Source: an uncultured Pseudomonadota bacterium (lineage in GTDB: Bacteria; Oederibacteriota; Muellerivitia; Muellerivitales; Muellerivitaceae). Taken from it: a stretch of 64,000 nucleotides of DNA. The stretch is from contig CAWIIP010000002.1 of NCBI GenBank assembly GCA_963836235.1, positions 576,001 through 640,000 on the forward strand. The letters run 5' to 3'. Under the pieces are notes generated by a model, which saw nothing but the letters and a program-made list of their open reading frames with translations, was not told the DNA's origin and made no database searches. This document shows positions 9,050 to 18,840 of this stretch, piece by piece. Position 1 is the first letter of the stretch. Every line of letters begins with the position of its first letter. Position numbers and translations under genes: made by a program.

Positions 9050-10939
9050 TTATTTGTATATTTCAATGTAAAAAGCGGTAGGAACCCACGAAATAACCAA
9101 ATTATTTTTTGCCCATTTGGTTGGAACTTTTATTTTAACAATTTGCCCATTGGCATCTAAGGCACGTACCCTCAGTTTGATGTCCTTTTGATAACGAAAA
9201 AGAGTAATTTTAGCCTGAAATGGTTCCACTAAAATGGGACCTGTTCCTTGTGAAATTAGTTTGGTCTTGGCTGTGTTGTAAACTTGACCTGTGTTTTCCA
9301 TCCGGGTTACCCCCGTTAGGAGCATACGGTCCGACGCCCAAAGATTCGTTTTGGTCAATGAGATAAGGGAAAGGGACGCGAATAGATTGGGAGTTTCCAC
9401 CTGCCAAACGGGGCTTATCAATTTCCGGTGGCCCACAAAACCGATGACAGCCTGAAATCGGGGACTTGATATCTGCACGACTCCGACATTTCCCTGCCAA
9501 TGGATCTGTTCGGTGTCGGATAGGATAGATTGAGTTTTTTCAATCACCTTGGCCTTCAAGAGTCCCACGGGATCGGTTTTAAACTCCTCTCCCTCGAGCT
9601 CAAACCCTGAGCGGTGGGCCAAAGCCGTTAAAAGATCTTTATCGCTTTTGAGAATGAAAATTCTCCCCTCTTTTAAATCCCCCCGCAAAAAAACAAGAGC
9701 CGCGATAGGCCATTGGGCCGACAGAACGGGTTTGTTGTTCAAATCATCGTTAGAAGCGATGACATTAACATCGTCCGCTTCTGATAAAGCCATCCCCAAA
9801 GAAGCCTGCCAACCTTGGAAACCGGCATAGGCCGACATTAAAATGGGGATTTCCCCTAAAAACTCATTGGGCCATTCAGCTGTCCATTGAACTCCATAAC
9901 TGTTTCCCAAAGGTCTGGAAGAAATCAATTGGGCCGGTAGACTTTTTTCTGGCGCCATCACCATAGGATTATCGCTGAAAGTAATGGGCTGTTCATTCGC
10001 CGATGAGCTCGGTTCCCAAATAGCATTGGTAAATTTTAAGTTTGCCGGCAATAGGACAGCCGGGTCTTTTAAAAGGGAGTCTGGCAAGACTTGTGTTTCC
10101 TGGCACAGGATCTCGGTATAAATACCTCTGGCTTTCATCGAGTTTTCCAAACTTTGAAGATGGGTGAGTATATCAACGCTAGCCTTGTCCGGCAGCTCCA
10201 CCGAAACTTCGTTACAACCATAGCGAGCGAATCGGCTTGCAAGCACGGAAAGTTGGTCGTCATTCAAAGTCCACCAGTTATCTCGGAGGCGGCTCCCCCA
10301 AAATCGGGCCACGGTTCCGTCCTCAAAAAAAAAGGCCTGGCCCATGTTCTTTAAGGCACCATGCTTCCCCGCCGGGGCATCCAAAAGAAAACTCATGTCG
10401 ATGGCGGTTCCCACTGAAGAACTAGTTAAAGGTCCAGGAGAAATCCAGCCGGTAGTATCGGTCGTAAATGTTTTCTCCGGTTTGGGTGAAGTTGTAGAAA
10501 CAGGGAGTTCTTTATCGGAAGCGGTAATAGCGAAAAGAATGGGAACAGGCATTTTGTTCAAAGATTTGAAAAGAATTGTTTGAATGAAAGCTTCAGGCCG
10601 GGGATTCTTCCAGGGAAAAAGGCTTAGGCCCATGTCAGTACTCTTATACTTATGCCACCAAGCTAAGAAACTATTGGAAGTATCATCCGCTCCTGAAAAA
10701 TTGGTAAGTTCCGCGCCAACATGTAATGGAACAATAGAAACTTGGCCGTCGTCATAGATCACGTCATACTCAGCCACGGTGATATTGGAAGCCGTACCAC
10801 CCCATCGACAGGAATGGAGAAAATAAAGAGTATTGGCTTTAAGGTGGCCGGTCGATAGCGCTACAGCCTCAGGAAATTCCGGCTTTCGCTTTCCTTTGAG
10901 GACAATAAACGATTTTCCTTGGTTTTCCATCCAATCCAA
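9050..10939 (-). CDS. Secreted carbohydrate-active-like protein, main part (beta-sandwich plus degenerate glycoside-hydrolase-like region)
   Basis: LYFLH..WG / Y.V.YDDG / W.NP.P..I..I beta-sandwich pattern; SFLLDAPAGKHG..FFFEDGT.ARFWG resembles the N-terminus of some GH-A-type hydrolases; 5' end frameshifted. Confidence 0.55.
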   Translation of the reverse strand: MDWMENQGKSFIVLKGKRKPEFPEAVALSTGHLKANTLYFLHSCRWGGTASNITVAEYDVIYDDGQVSIVPLHVGAELTNFSGADDTSNSFLAWWHKYKSTDMGLSLFPWKNPRPEAFIQTILFKSLNKMPVPILFAITASDKELPVSTTSPKPEKTFTTDTTGWISPGPLTSSSVGTAIDMSFLLDAPAGKHGALKNMGQAFFFEDGTVARFWGSRLRDNWWTLNDDQLSVLASRFARYGCNEVSVELPDKASVDILTHLQSLENSMKARGIYTEILCQETQVLPDSLLKDPAVLLPANLKFTNAIWEPSSSANEQPITFSDNPMVMAPEKSLPAQLISSRPLGNSYGVQWTAEWPNEFLGEIPILMSAYAGFQGWQASLGMALSEADDVNVIASNDDLNNKPVLSAQWPIAALVFLRGDLKEGRIFILKSDKDLLTALAHRSGFELEGEEFKTDPVGLLKAKVIEKTQSILSDTEQIHWQGNVGVVQISSPRFQAVIGFVGHRKLISPVWQVETPNLFASLSLISLTKTNLWASDRMLLTGVTRMENTGQVYNTAKTKLISQGTGPILVEPFQAKITLFRYQKDIKLRVRALDANGQIVKIKVPTKWAKNNLVISWVPTAFYIEIYK

Positions 10940-11156
10940 AAGTTGAAAAGGAATTCCCCTGAAAAGTCTGCGGACCCTTGGGGAATATTGGCAAATCCTT
11001 CTTTTTCTTTTAGGTCTTCCCCACCTGGTACCATTTCGTCAAAAGATTGGGAAGGCCCCATATTGGCCGCTTTGGAAAGGTCGATAAAGGTGGGTATACC
11101 GCCATGACGTCTCGGAAAACCAGCAAGGCTAGGCAAAAAAAAGCGGTTCTCCACAT
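10861..11156 (-). CDS. N-terminal fragment(s) of the 9050..10939 gene, including a probable signal peptide
   Basis: MWRTAFFCLALLVF begins at 11156; a second frame gives TFIDLSKAANMG...GSADF; removing one base at 10962-10965 joins it to RGIPFQLLDWMENQGKSFIVLKG. Confidence 0.6.
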
Positions 11157-11163
11157 GGCGTCG

Positions 11164-11892
11164 TTACTGTTTCTTATAGCGATAATATTTGGTAATGATG
11201 GCATCGACTTCCTCGGGCTTGTCGACCACGTGGAATAGGTCCATGTCGCCCTTGTCGATATAGTGGCGATTGCCCAAGATGGTGTTCTTAATCCAGTCGA
11301 TCCCACCCTTCCAAAATTCCTTGTTCACCAGGATGATTGGGATGGGATCGATTTTTTTCGTCTGGACGAGGGTAATAACCTCAAAAAACTCGTCCATTGT
11401 ACCGAACCCTCCCGGCATCACAATAACTGCCGATGTGTAGCGCAGGAACATGACTTTTCGGATGAAAAAATAATGAAAATTCACAGGAAGGTTGATATAG
11501 GGATTGGGTTTTTGCTCAAAGGGTAGTTCGATATTGCAGCCCACTGAACGGCCCCCCGCCTCGTGGGCGCCTAGATTCGCACCCTCCATCACACCTGGCC
11601 CGCCGCCCGTAATGACGGAAAATCCTTTCTTCGAAAGTCGATAGGCGATTTTCCGGGACAATTGGTAATCCTCGGCGTTTTGAAGCGTTCGGGCAGAACC
11701 GAAAATAGTCACTGCGGGCCGAATATTTCGAAGCGCCTCAAAACCCTCAACGAACTCCGACATGATACGGAACATTCGCCAAGTATCCTGTTCTTTGAAG
11801 TCATTGGCGATGAAGGGATTTCCTGAAACTCCATTCTTAGGACGGGCAATGGTGCGCCTTTCAACTGTTTTCTTAGATTTGCGTATTGGCAT
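11164..11892 (-). CDS. LOG family (TIGR00730-type) nucleotide phosphoribohydrolase
   Basis: VTIFGSAR, TGGGPGVMEG, FFIRK, PGGFGTMDE. Confidence 0.95.
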   Translation of the reverse strand: MPIRKSKKTVERRTIARPKNGVSGNPFIANDFKEQDTWRMFRIMSEFVEGFEALRNIRPAVTIFGSARTLQNAEDYQLSRKIAYRLSKKGFSVITGGGPGVMEGANLGAHEAGGRSVGCNIELPFEQKPNPYINLPVNFHYFFIRKVMFLRYTSAVIVMPGGFGTMDEFFEVITLVQTKKIDPIPIILVNKEFWKGGIDWIKNTILGNRHYIDKGDMDLFHVVDKPEEVDAIITKYYRYKKQ

Positions 11893-12002
11893 TGTTTCCT
11901 CTCTTCAATAAATTAGGCGATAATTGCCTGTCGGTTTATCTTCCAGGGCATCCTTGAATACTTTTGGCGTGATCGGTAATCAAGACGGGCAGTTGCTGGA
12001 CA

Positions 12003-12353
12003 TCAAAATATTTTATGTCGCTTGTTTCCTCGCTTGGCGTACAGTGATCCGTCTATGATTCGGCAAAGAAACGAGACCCGGACCGTATGCCATTCCGGCC
12101 CTTGCGCTATATGTAGTGAACCTTTGGTGTCGGAATAAATCCCGATCAACCGCACCACTTCAGCCCTCAAACCTGTTTCCTCGTAAAGTTCCCTCAAACA
12201 GGCCTGTGCCAAAGTTTCACCCAAATCGACATGGCCGCCGGGAATACACCACAAACCGTTGTCGGTGCGTTTGACCAACAGCACTTTTCGTTTGTCATCA
12301 AAAACAAGCGCGTTGACGGCAATTTTGGGCGTCAATTGGGGCTTATGATCCAC
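12003..12353 (-). CDS. NUDIX hydrolase (3' end frameshifted; true end probably near 11905-11935)
   Basis: Nudix box GGHVDLGETLAQACLRELYEETG; an alternative frame continues LTPSEETSDIKYFDVQQLP..DH. Confidence 0.9.
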   Translation of the reverse strand: MDHKPQLTPKIAVNALVFDDKRKVLLVKRTDNGLWCIPGGHVDLGETLAQACLRELYEETGLRAEVVRLIGIYSDTKGSLHIAQGPEWHTVRVSFLCRIIDGSLYAKRGNKRHKIF

Positions 12354-12370
12354 CCTTCACCTTCCGTTTA

Positions 12371-12409
12371 AACAAAAAATCCCACGCACCGTAAAAGATG
12401 CGCGGGATT
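12371..12409 (-). terminator. Intrinsic terminator after rpsI
   Basis: Minus strand AATCCCGCGCATC-loop-GGTGCGTGGGATT followed by a T-rich tail. Confidence 0.85.
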
Positions 12410-12450
12410 CGAGAAGCATTCCCAGGACTTGCCTGAAGCTCTTCGAAAAA

Positions 12451-12846
12451 TTAACGTTTCGAAAACTGGAAGCGTCTGCGGGCTTTTTTACGCCCATACT
12501 TTTTACGCTCGACCATGCGTGGATCGCGTGTAAGGAAGCCAGCCGCTTTTAAAGGCTTGCGCATCTCGGCATCTACTTTAAGAAGAGCTCGAGAGATACC
12601 ATGACGGAGGGCTTCTGCCTGACCGGTAACGCCTCCACCCGTGAGATTTGCGTACACATCATACTTGCCGAGGGCTAAAACCGTCTCCAAAGGCGACCGC
12701 ACCACGGATAATTTCATTTCCGGGAAAAACTTCTCAATAGGCTTGCCATTGATAATGAATAGTCCCTTTCCCGGCCTAAGGATTACGCGGGCAACGGAGG
12801 TTTTCCGGCGTCCGGTCGCTGCGAATTGTTCTTTCGTGGCTGGCAC
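12451..12846 (-). CDS. rpsI: 30S ribosomal protein S9
   Basis: [39 protein letters not shown]. Confidence 0.99.
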   Translation of the reverse strand: MPATKEQFAATGRRKTSVARVILRPGKGLFIINGKPIEKFFPEMKLSVVRSPLETVLALGKYDVYANLTGGGVTGQAEALRHGISRALLKVDAEMRKPLKAAGFLTRDPRMVERKKYGRKKARRRFQFSKR

Positions 12847-12848
12847 TC

Positions 12849-13307
12849 TTATTCTCCTCTTTTGGTGGCGTTATGGGCCAAGATCAGCGGCTCGGGTTTT
12901 TGAGCGGAATGGGGATGGGTTTCGCCCTTGTAAACATTCAAACGGCCGAACATCTTGTCCCCTTGTGAAGTCTTGGGCAGCATACCCTTGATAGCGAATT
13001 CCAAGATTCTTTCCGGTTTGGTCGTACGAAGATTCTTATACATAACAGTCGTCAACCCGCCCGGGCGTCCTGATGTCCGGTGATGTGCCTTGGTGTCCCA
13101 CTTCTTGCCGGTCAAAATAATTTTTTCGGCGTTGACAATGACCACATGGTCCCCATTTTCAACGTGCGGGGTGAAAAGGCGCTTATGTTTGCCCCTCAAA
13201 ACAGCGGCTACTTGAGATGTCAGGCGACCTAACACCTGATCCTTGGCGTCGACAATCCACCATTTGCGATTGATGTCTTTCTGCGTTGCGAGAACAGTCT
13301 TTTGCAT
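12849..13307 (-). CDS. rplM: 50S ribosomal protein L13
   Basis: [30 protein letters not shown]. Confidence 0.99.
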   Translation of the reverse strand: MQKTVLATQKDINRKWWIVDAKDQVLGRLTSQVAAVLRGKHKRLFTPHVENGDHVVIVNAEKIILTGKKWDTKAHHRTSGRPGGLTTVMYKNLRTTKPERILEFAIKGMLPKTSQGDKMFGRLNVYKGETHPHSAQKPEPLILAHNATKRGE

Positions 13308-13371
13308 TTTTCTTTACCTAGCTCATCTTTCTTGTGAACTGCTTGTGCCTCAAAAGGGGACAAGGGCCTGA

Positions 13372-13399
13372 ATTATAAGGGTTTTCAATAGTGTGTCAA
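13372..13399 (-). promoter_or_regulatory. Sigma70 promoter of rplM-rpsI
   Basis: Minus strand TTGACA-16 nt-TATAAT, perfect consensus, 65 nt upstream of rplM. Confidence 0.85.
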
Positions 13400-13433
13400 G
13401 GCTGGAAAAAGGCAAAAAACGGAACAAATTCAT

Positions 13434-14702
13434 TTATTGGGCCAATCGGAAGCGAAGCTCACCATGAATCATGGCAAAGGAAATTTTGTTTCGATACTGT
13501 AAAACCCTCTCAAAGATATCCATAGTTTTAGACTTTTGACGTCGAGTAATAAGAGGAAGACCTATCAAATCGGCCAAATAGCCCGGCTTAATTCGCCCCA
13601 ATTCATGGCCCATTCCCAAGGCTTCAGCAGGCTTATGGGTAACCATGGAAAGAATTTCCATGGCCGGAACGGCTGGATGTTCATTCCGAAAAAGACGCAT
13701 TTCCCGGAATAGGGAAAGGGATTGGTTGCTGGCAAGACTGTCGGTGCCCAGGCAAACCCGGATACCGTATTGGCGCATCTTTCGGTACTTAAATGGGGGA
13801 TGCTTAAAGAAGGCGTGGCTCCCCGGACAATGAACCACAGCAATCCTATTCTTCGATAAAAGACGAAGGTCCTTATCATTTACCACATTTAAATGAACCC
13901 CTAGGTCCAGCTTTGGCAACCAACCGCTTTCATTTAAATACTGAACCGGGGTTGTGTTCCGAGAAAGAATCCAGCTGGGATTCAACGAGCCAATACTTTT
14001 GAACAAGGGCCCGGAAGCGCTTTTGAACAACCGCCCTTCCTCACGGCTTTCGGCCACATGAATAGTGGTTAAAATGTCTTTTCTTGAATCCAGGTAACGG
14101 TTCACGATTTGCAATAACTCTTTAGAGACCGTGAAAGGGGTGTGGGGGCTGAGCCCCCAACGAAAAGTCGCGTTAGGGGGCCATTGACGTATTTGGTCTT
14201 GGAGTTTCTCAAGAAATTTTTTCCAATAATTTATCGGTGAGCTTTGGATCAAATCGAATATTTCCAAAAAAACAAAAGCTCTCAAACCAGAACCGCGTAA
14301 GAGCTGCCAACTTTCCCAGCTTGTGGAAATATCACAAAGGGTGGTTGTACCATAAGAAAAACTTTCTTGAATACCCGCCTCTATCGATGGTTTAAACCTA
14401 GCGGGAGCGTTTTTTCGAGAACTTGCTCCCATCCGTTTTAGCCAATCGATAAAACTCCCCCGGTAAGGGACCTTCCCTTTCAACGCGGTAAAATCCAAAT
14501 GGCAATGAGCGTTGATCAATCCCGGTAACAGCACCGTCTCCCCCAGGTCTAGCATTCGAACCGATGGAAGAAAATAAAGATCCTTTCGCTTTCCCACTTG
14601 GAGAATACGGGAACCTTGGATCATTACAAACCCGTCCTCAATCGGCTGCGGACGGTCCATGGTTAAGATGTACTTGGAAAAAAGGACAAGGCGCTGGCTC
14701 AT
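13434..14702 (-). CDS. Amidohydrolase, probable aminodeoxyfutalosine deaminase
   Basis: PGLINAHCHLD, SPHTPFTVS, HVAESREE, HCPGS, LGTDSLASN; futalosine genes 4 kb away. Confidence 0.7.
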   Translation of the reverse strand: MSQRLVLFSKYILTMDRPQPIEDGFVMIQGSRILQVGKRKDLYFLPSVRMLDLGETVLLPGLINAHCHLDFTALKGKVPYRGSFIDWLKRMGASSRKNAPARFKPSIEAGIQESFSYGTTTLCDISTSWESWQLLRGSGLRAFVFLEIFDLIQSSPINYWKKFLEKLQDQIRQWPPNATFRWGLSPHTPFTVSKELLQIVNRYLDSRKDILTTIHVAESREEGRLFKSASGPLFKSIGSLNPSWILSRNTTPVQYLNESGWLPKLDLGVHLNVVNDKDLRLLSKNRIAVVHCPGSHAFFKHPPFKYRKMRQYGIRVCLGTDSLASNQSLSLFREMRLFRNEHPAVPAMEILSMVTHKPAEALGMGHELGRIKPGYLADLIGLPLITRRQKSKTMDIFERVLQYRNKISFAMIHGELRFRLAQ

Positions 14703-14812
14703 GGGTTATAGGTTAGCAGGATAAAAAAAACGTTTGTAATGAATTTCACTTCAATTACTTTCGGCCAAGTATTGACCCCGGTGGCAAGGTTTCTTAAAGT
14801 AACAAAGCTCTT

Positions 14813-16132
14813 ATGATCGATAACAAATTCCAAAAAAAATTGTTTCATTTGACCAGTGTTCTGACTACCTGGTTCCCCCGAGGTGGAGCCTGGTTTTTCG
14901 ATCACACCATCCCGCCTATCCTGGGTAACAAGCTCCTAGTGAGTCACATCTTTCGGAAAAACTTTAAGACTGTCCAAAATGTTTCTCAGTTCAAGAAAAT
15001 CCTCGTCATCCCGGATATTCACATCGGCGACGCGGTTATGATGCAGGGGGCGGTCCAGGCTTTCCGGGACTTTTTCCCCGAAGCCCGAATCGATTACGTC
15101 ATTAAAAAATCCGTGGCTTCTCTTATTGATGGCAACCCGGCCATTTCGAATCTTTATCCTCTTTTTACCGGCACAGTCTTTCCCAACGGAAATGACGTGG
15201 ATAGTATTAAAAAATTAGTAGTCGAAAACCGGTACGACCTTTGTTTCAATTGTTCACCTTTCTTTGAGGATAACCGGCTTTTCCCTAAAGGGCAGAAGAT
15301 TCTCAATTTCATGACCGGCGCCCCCCAATTGGCGCGAAACGATATCGACCATGTGAGCATAAACCATTTTCTTTTTCAGTCTTATATGTTTGTGGAAAAG
15401 CTCCTTAGAAAAAATTCAGGCATCTACCCCTCGAAGGTTTTTCCAGGTGTTCCGGTCACTCTGTCAGACGAGGCCTTTCAACAGGCAAGGGACTTTCTGA
15501 TGGTAAAAGATGCCTCGAGCAATAAGCCAATTGTTTTTTTAAATCCGGATACAGCTTCTCCCTACACTCTCATTCCTTTCGAGTACCAAGCTCTCTTGCT
15601 CAAAAAAATGGTTGAAATGGATGTACGGGTGCTTTTAGGGACCGCTTTCACCCACAAGGATATTGAAAAAAGGCTTTTGGAAACTCTATCGGAAGACGAG
15701 AAAAAGAAGGTGCTGATCATTCCATCCACATTACCCATTGACGCTTACGCCGCCTTGGTGGATTTCGCGCAGGTTTTCATTTCAGGTGATACAGGTCCCC
15801 TGCATATTGCCGCAGCCCGAAAATTCTCAAAAACGGGCTGGGTAAAATTTCGGAACAAAACTTTTGTGATTTCAATTTTCGGAGCCACCCCGGCCCGTAT
15901 GTCAGGATATGATTCCATAAACCCCCTTTTCCCGCCCGCCAATCAAAACGTACTGTCACGAACCTACGTCTCGGAAAGCCCATGTCGCAATATTACTTGT
16001 GTAAATAAGATGGCTAAGACCTGCGAAAAGGTGAGGTGTTTTGAGGTGCTGGACTTGGAGAGCATCGTCAAGGACATTAAACTGCACTTAGAAAATAACA
16101 CTAGTTTTAAAACAACAGCCCCTTCCGAATAG
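14813..16132 (+). CDS. Glycosyltransferase family 9 (heptosyltransferase-like)
   Basis: HIGDAVM, FPEARIDY, FISGDTGPLHIAAA, IFGAT. Confidence 0.9.
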   Translation: MIDNKFQKKLFHLTSVLTTWFPRGGAWFFDHTIPPILGNKLLVSHIFRKNFKTVQNVSQFKKILVIPDIHIGDAVMMQGAVQAFRDFFPEARIDYVIKKSVASLIDGNPAISNLYPLFTGTVFPNGNDVDSIKKLVVENRYDLCFNCSPFFEDNRLFPKGQKILNFMTGAPQLARNDIDHVSINHFLFQSYMFVEKLLRKNSGIYPSKVFPGVPVTLSDEAFQQARDFLMVKDASSNKPIVFLNPDTASPYTLIPFEYQALLLKKMVEMDVRVLLGTAFTHKDIEKRLLETLSEDEKKKVLIIPSTLPIDAYAALVDFAQVFISGDTGPLHIAAARKFSKTGWVKFRNKTFVISIFGATPARMSGYDSINPLFPPANQNVLSRTYVSESPCRNITCVNKMAKTCEKVRCFEVLDLESIVKDIKLHLENNTSFKTTAPSE

Positions 16133-16134
16133 TC

Positions 16135-17034
16135 TTATTTCGTTACGTATTTTTCCATATTTTCAAACTTGTCAAAGGGTTTTTTATCGGTTGAGAACCG
16201 GCCTCTGTTCTTCAAAATATTTATTTCCTCGTTGGTCGGTTGGACCAAATAAGTCGAAGGAGTGAAGTAATCAAAACCGACTCCCTGCTTCCTCAATTTT
16301 TTAATGTTAGTTTCCATCAACTTTAATGAAATGGGCGCGGAAGAGGCCATGCGGTAAGTCCATCCCATTCCAAAGCAGGGCATATCCACCCGGGCCGTAA
16401 GGATATTGGGAAAAACCGAATGAAAAGTTTTATAGATGGTGGCGAAAGACTCGGGAAAAAGATAGTAATTGTCCGTATGAATGGCGATGAGGCCTTTTCG
16501 GTTCAGGCGCTGCTTACATAACCTATAGAACTCCTGCGTATAAAGCATCTTGGAAGGTCCGTGGGGTTCGGTGAGATCAATAATGAGGACATCAAAGTTT
16601 TCAGAATTGTCCTCCAACCATTTGCGAGCGTCCTTATAAATAATCTCAACTCGCTTATCCTTCAGGCATTTCTCAATGACCGGATAATGCTTGCGGCAGA
16701 AGTCTACGACCCCTTTGTCGATTTCCAGCATCAGGATGCGCTTTAAGCTTTTGAACTTGATAGCCTCTTCGATAGCAAAACAATCCCCTCCGCCAACAAT
16801 ACAAATGTTCTCGGGATTTTTATGAGCCAAAAGGGGGGCCGAAACAAGGTATTGGTGGTAACGATTCTCATCGCCATGGCTAATCTGTATTTTACCGTCC
16901 AAATAAAGCATGGTTCCAAAAGTATCGTCCTTGAATATTTCCATCGTCTGGTAGGGAGTCTTTCCCTTGTAAAGGGAACGGCCCTTATAAACATGTCCAA
17001 AGGTATTGGTCGTCCACTCGGTTTTAACAGGCAT
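16135..17034 (-). CDS. speE: Polyamine aminopropyltransferase (spermidine synthase)
   Basis: TPYQ, LYLDGKIQ..DE..YH, IVGGGD, EID, DVLIIDLTEP. Confidence 0.92.
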   Translation of the reverse strand: MPVKTEWTTNTFGHVYKGRSLYKGKTPYQTMEIFKDDTFGTMLYLDGKIQISHGDENRYHQYLVSAPLLAHKNPENICIVGGGDCFAIEEAIKFKSLKRILMLEIDKGVVDFCRKHYPVIEKCLKDKRVEIIYKDARKWLEDNSENFDVLIIDLTEPHGPSKMLYTQEFYRLCKQRLNRKGLIAIHTDNYYLFPESFATIYKTFHSVFPNILTARVDMPCFGMGWTYRMASSAPISLKLMETNIKKLRKQGVGFDYFTPSTYLVQPTNEEINILKNRGRFSTDKKPFDKFENMEKYVTK

Positions 17035-17138
17035 GGTTAAATCTCCTAGGGGAGTTAAAGAATGGGGGGATTATAGCTGAAATAGAAAAACCTTCCCGGA
17101 AATTAAGGGAATGTTTTAAAACCAGCAAGGCCTAATTA

Positions 17139-17558
17139 TTATTGGTTATACGTGTAATAGGTCTGAATATAAACTGGGGTCCCAATAGGTTGAAGCTCAG
17201 ACTCGACAGGCCTCATGGGAATATCCAGAGATCCTGATTTTAAATCGGTGTAAACTTTTACCAATTTAGGGTTATGAGGATTAATCTTCAAACTTTGCTC
17301 AAAAGCTTTCAAGGCGGATTCTTTTTCCCTTAACTCAAAATAACAATATCCCACCATTTGGTAAGACTGCCAGAAAGACCAATTTTCATCGATGGCCAAC
17401 TGAAACCGCACCAATGCGGCTTCATAACGGCCCTGCCCATATAAATAGAGCCCTTTTTTATAGTCACCCTCAGGAGTAACTTTAGAATCAGCCCATAAGA
17501 GAACAGGGATCAGAAACACCACGCTCATCAACATAAATAAAGCTTTAGATTTCTTCAT
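17139..17558 (-). CDS. Secreted TPR protein
   Basis: Signal peptide; TPR-like helices YKKGLYLYGQGRYEAA and GYCYFEL..ALKAFEQSLKINP. Confidence 0.8.
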   Translation of the reverse strand: MKKSKALFMLMSVVFLIPVLLWADSKVTPEGDYKKGLYLYGQGRYEAALVRFQLAIDENWSFWQSYQMVGYCYFELREKESALKAFEQSLKINPHNPKLVKVYTDLKSGSLDIPMRPVESELQPIGTPVYIQTYYTYNQ

Positions 17559-17832
17559 TGGAAAAAGACTTCACCCTCCACTAAATTTCATGAACTTATT
17601 GCGAGAACCAGTTTTTAATAATTCCAGAGTTTTTCAAAGCATTCTTCAATGATACTCTTCCACCAACCATTTTGAAACCAGCTATTTTTTTAGAAAAAGG
17701 CTTATTTCACTTCATCTTTAACCTTTAGACGGTCTTAGAGCGATTTAATCCGAACTTTAATTTATATAATTGGCCTACGTCTTAAAAACACAATTAAAGA
17801 TCGAAGAAGACCTATTGACCATCAGTGGATTT

Positions 17833-18228
17833 TCAGGAAGTTTTTGAAGATTTTCCGAAGGTCGCTTGAATTGTTGAATGCATGCCACCTCGGGTAGCAA
17901 ACTGACCCGTCACCCGGCACCATTTAGGCTTGGAAGCGGCCACAAAATCCCGCAACATTCGATTGACCGCATTCTCGTAGAAAATACCTATATTGCGGTA
18001 AGCCAAAATATAACCCTTAAGAGATTTAAGTTCCAAAACATGTTCCACGGGTTCATATTCGAGGATAATGGTTCCAAAATCCGGCAACCCCGTCTTGGGA
18101 CATACGGCCGTATATTCCGGAATTTCGATGCGGATGGTATAACCTGAAAACTGGTTAGAAAAAGTTTCAATACTTGGAAGCTTGATAGTCAACCCTGATT
18201 TGGCGTGACTCTCGTTATACTCTTTCAT
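17833..18228 (-). CDS. queF: NADPH-dependent preQ0 (7-cyano-7-deazaguanine) reductase
   Basis: PEYTAVCPKTGLPDF, ELKSLK.Y, FYENAVN, F.TRGG. Confidence 0.95.
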   Translation of the reverse strand: MKEYNESHAKSGLTIKLPSIETFSNQFSGYTIRIEIPEYTAVCPKTGLPDFGTIILEYEPVEHVLELKSLKGYILAYRNIGIFYENAVNRMLRDFVAASKPKWCRVTGQFATRGGMHSTIQATFGKSSKTS

Positions 18229-18671
18229 TTTTTAATTTTCCCTTTTTTATTTCTAACCGGTTTAGCTCTGGATTTTTCAGCCTTGACCAGACGGCCCGAT
18301 TCCGGGTGGGCCAAATGATCGGTGAACCCCACCACATTTCCCCAAGGATCTGCCACTTCCACCAATAACCCCGTGGGAAGCTTCATAGGTTCTCGGACCA
18401 AATCTATCCCCCGTGCTTTTAAGACTTCCAACGACCTTTGGGTATCGGGAACCTCCACCCAAAAACGGGCCCGCTCTGGAACGAGCGATTGGGTCGGAAT
18501 GTCCTCTTTTTTCAGGACTAATCCTGGAAGTTCGAACCCCACGGCCATAACGCAGATATCCAACGCATCCAAGCGGAATTTGACTAAAAAACCCAATTTT
18601 TCATAAAAGGTTACAGCCCGATTCAAATCCCCAACGGTGAAGATAACATTGTCGATTCCTAAGATATTCAT
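18225..18671 (-). CDS. VOC/glyoxalase family protein
   Basis: IDNVIFTVGDLNRAVTFYEKLG, DPWGNVV; overlaps the queF start by 4 nt. Confidence 0.88.
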   Translation of the reverse strand: MNILGIDNVIFTVGDLNRAVTFYEKLGFLVKFRLDALDICVMAVGFELPGLVLKKEDIPTQSLVPERARFWVEVPDTQRSLEVLKARGIDLVREPMKLPTGLLVEVADPWGNVVGFTDHLAHPESGRLVKAEKSRAKPVRNKKGKIKK

Positions 18672-18692
18672 GAAAACCTTAGCGGGTTATTT

Positions 18693-18717
18693 AAAAAGTC
18701 CAAAGAACGGACTTTTT
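18693..18717. terminator. Terminator-like hairpin upstream of VOC-queF
   Basis: AAAAAGTCC-7 nt-GGACTTTTT perfect inverted repeat. Confidence 0.6.
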
Positions 18718-18840
18718 CCCATTTATGAACGAGTCACGAATTATAAAAATCTTCGTTTTAGTGGTAAGTTCCATCCTATGGCTGCCAGCAGGATTCTGAA
18801 AAATATTTTTAAAGAATCCTTTTGGGGTCGTTAGCTGATC

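Noticed and set aside
18720-18795. ZTP or fluoride riboswitch resemblance (GGAACUUACCAC)
   Set aside because: The required pseudoknot partners and 3' consensus are absent
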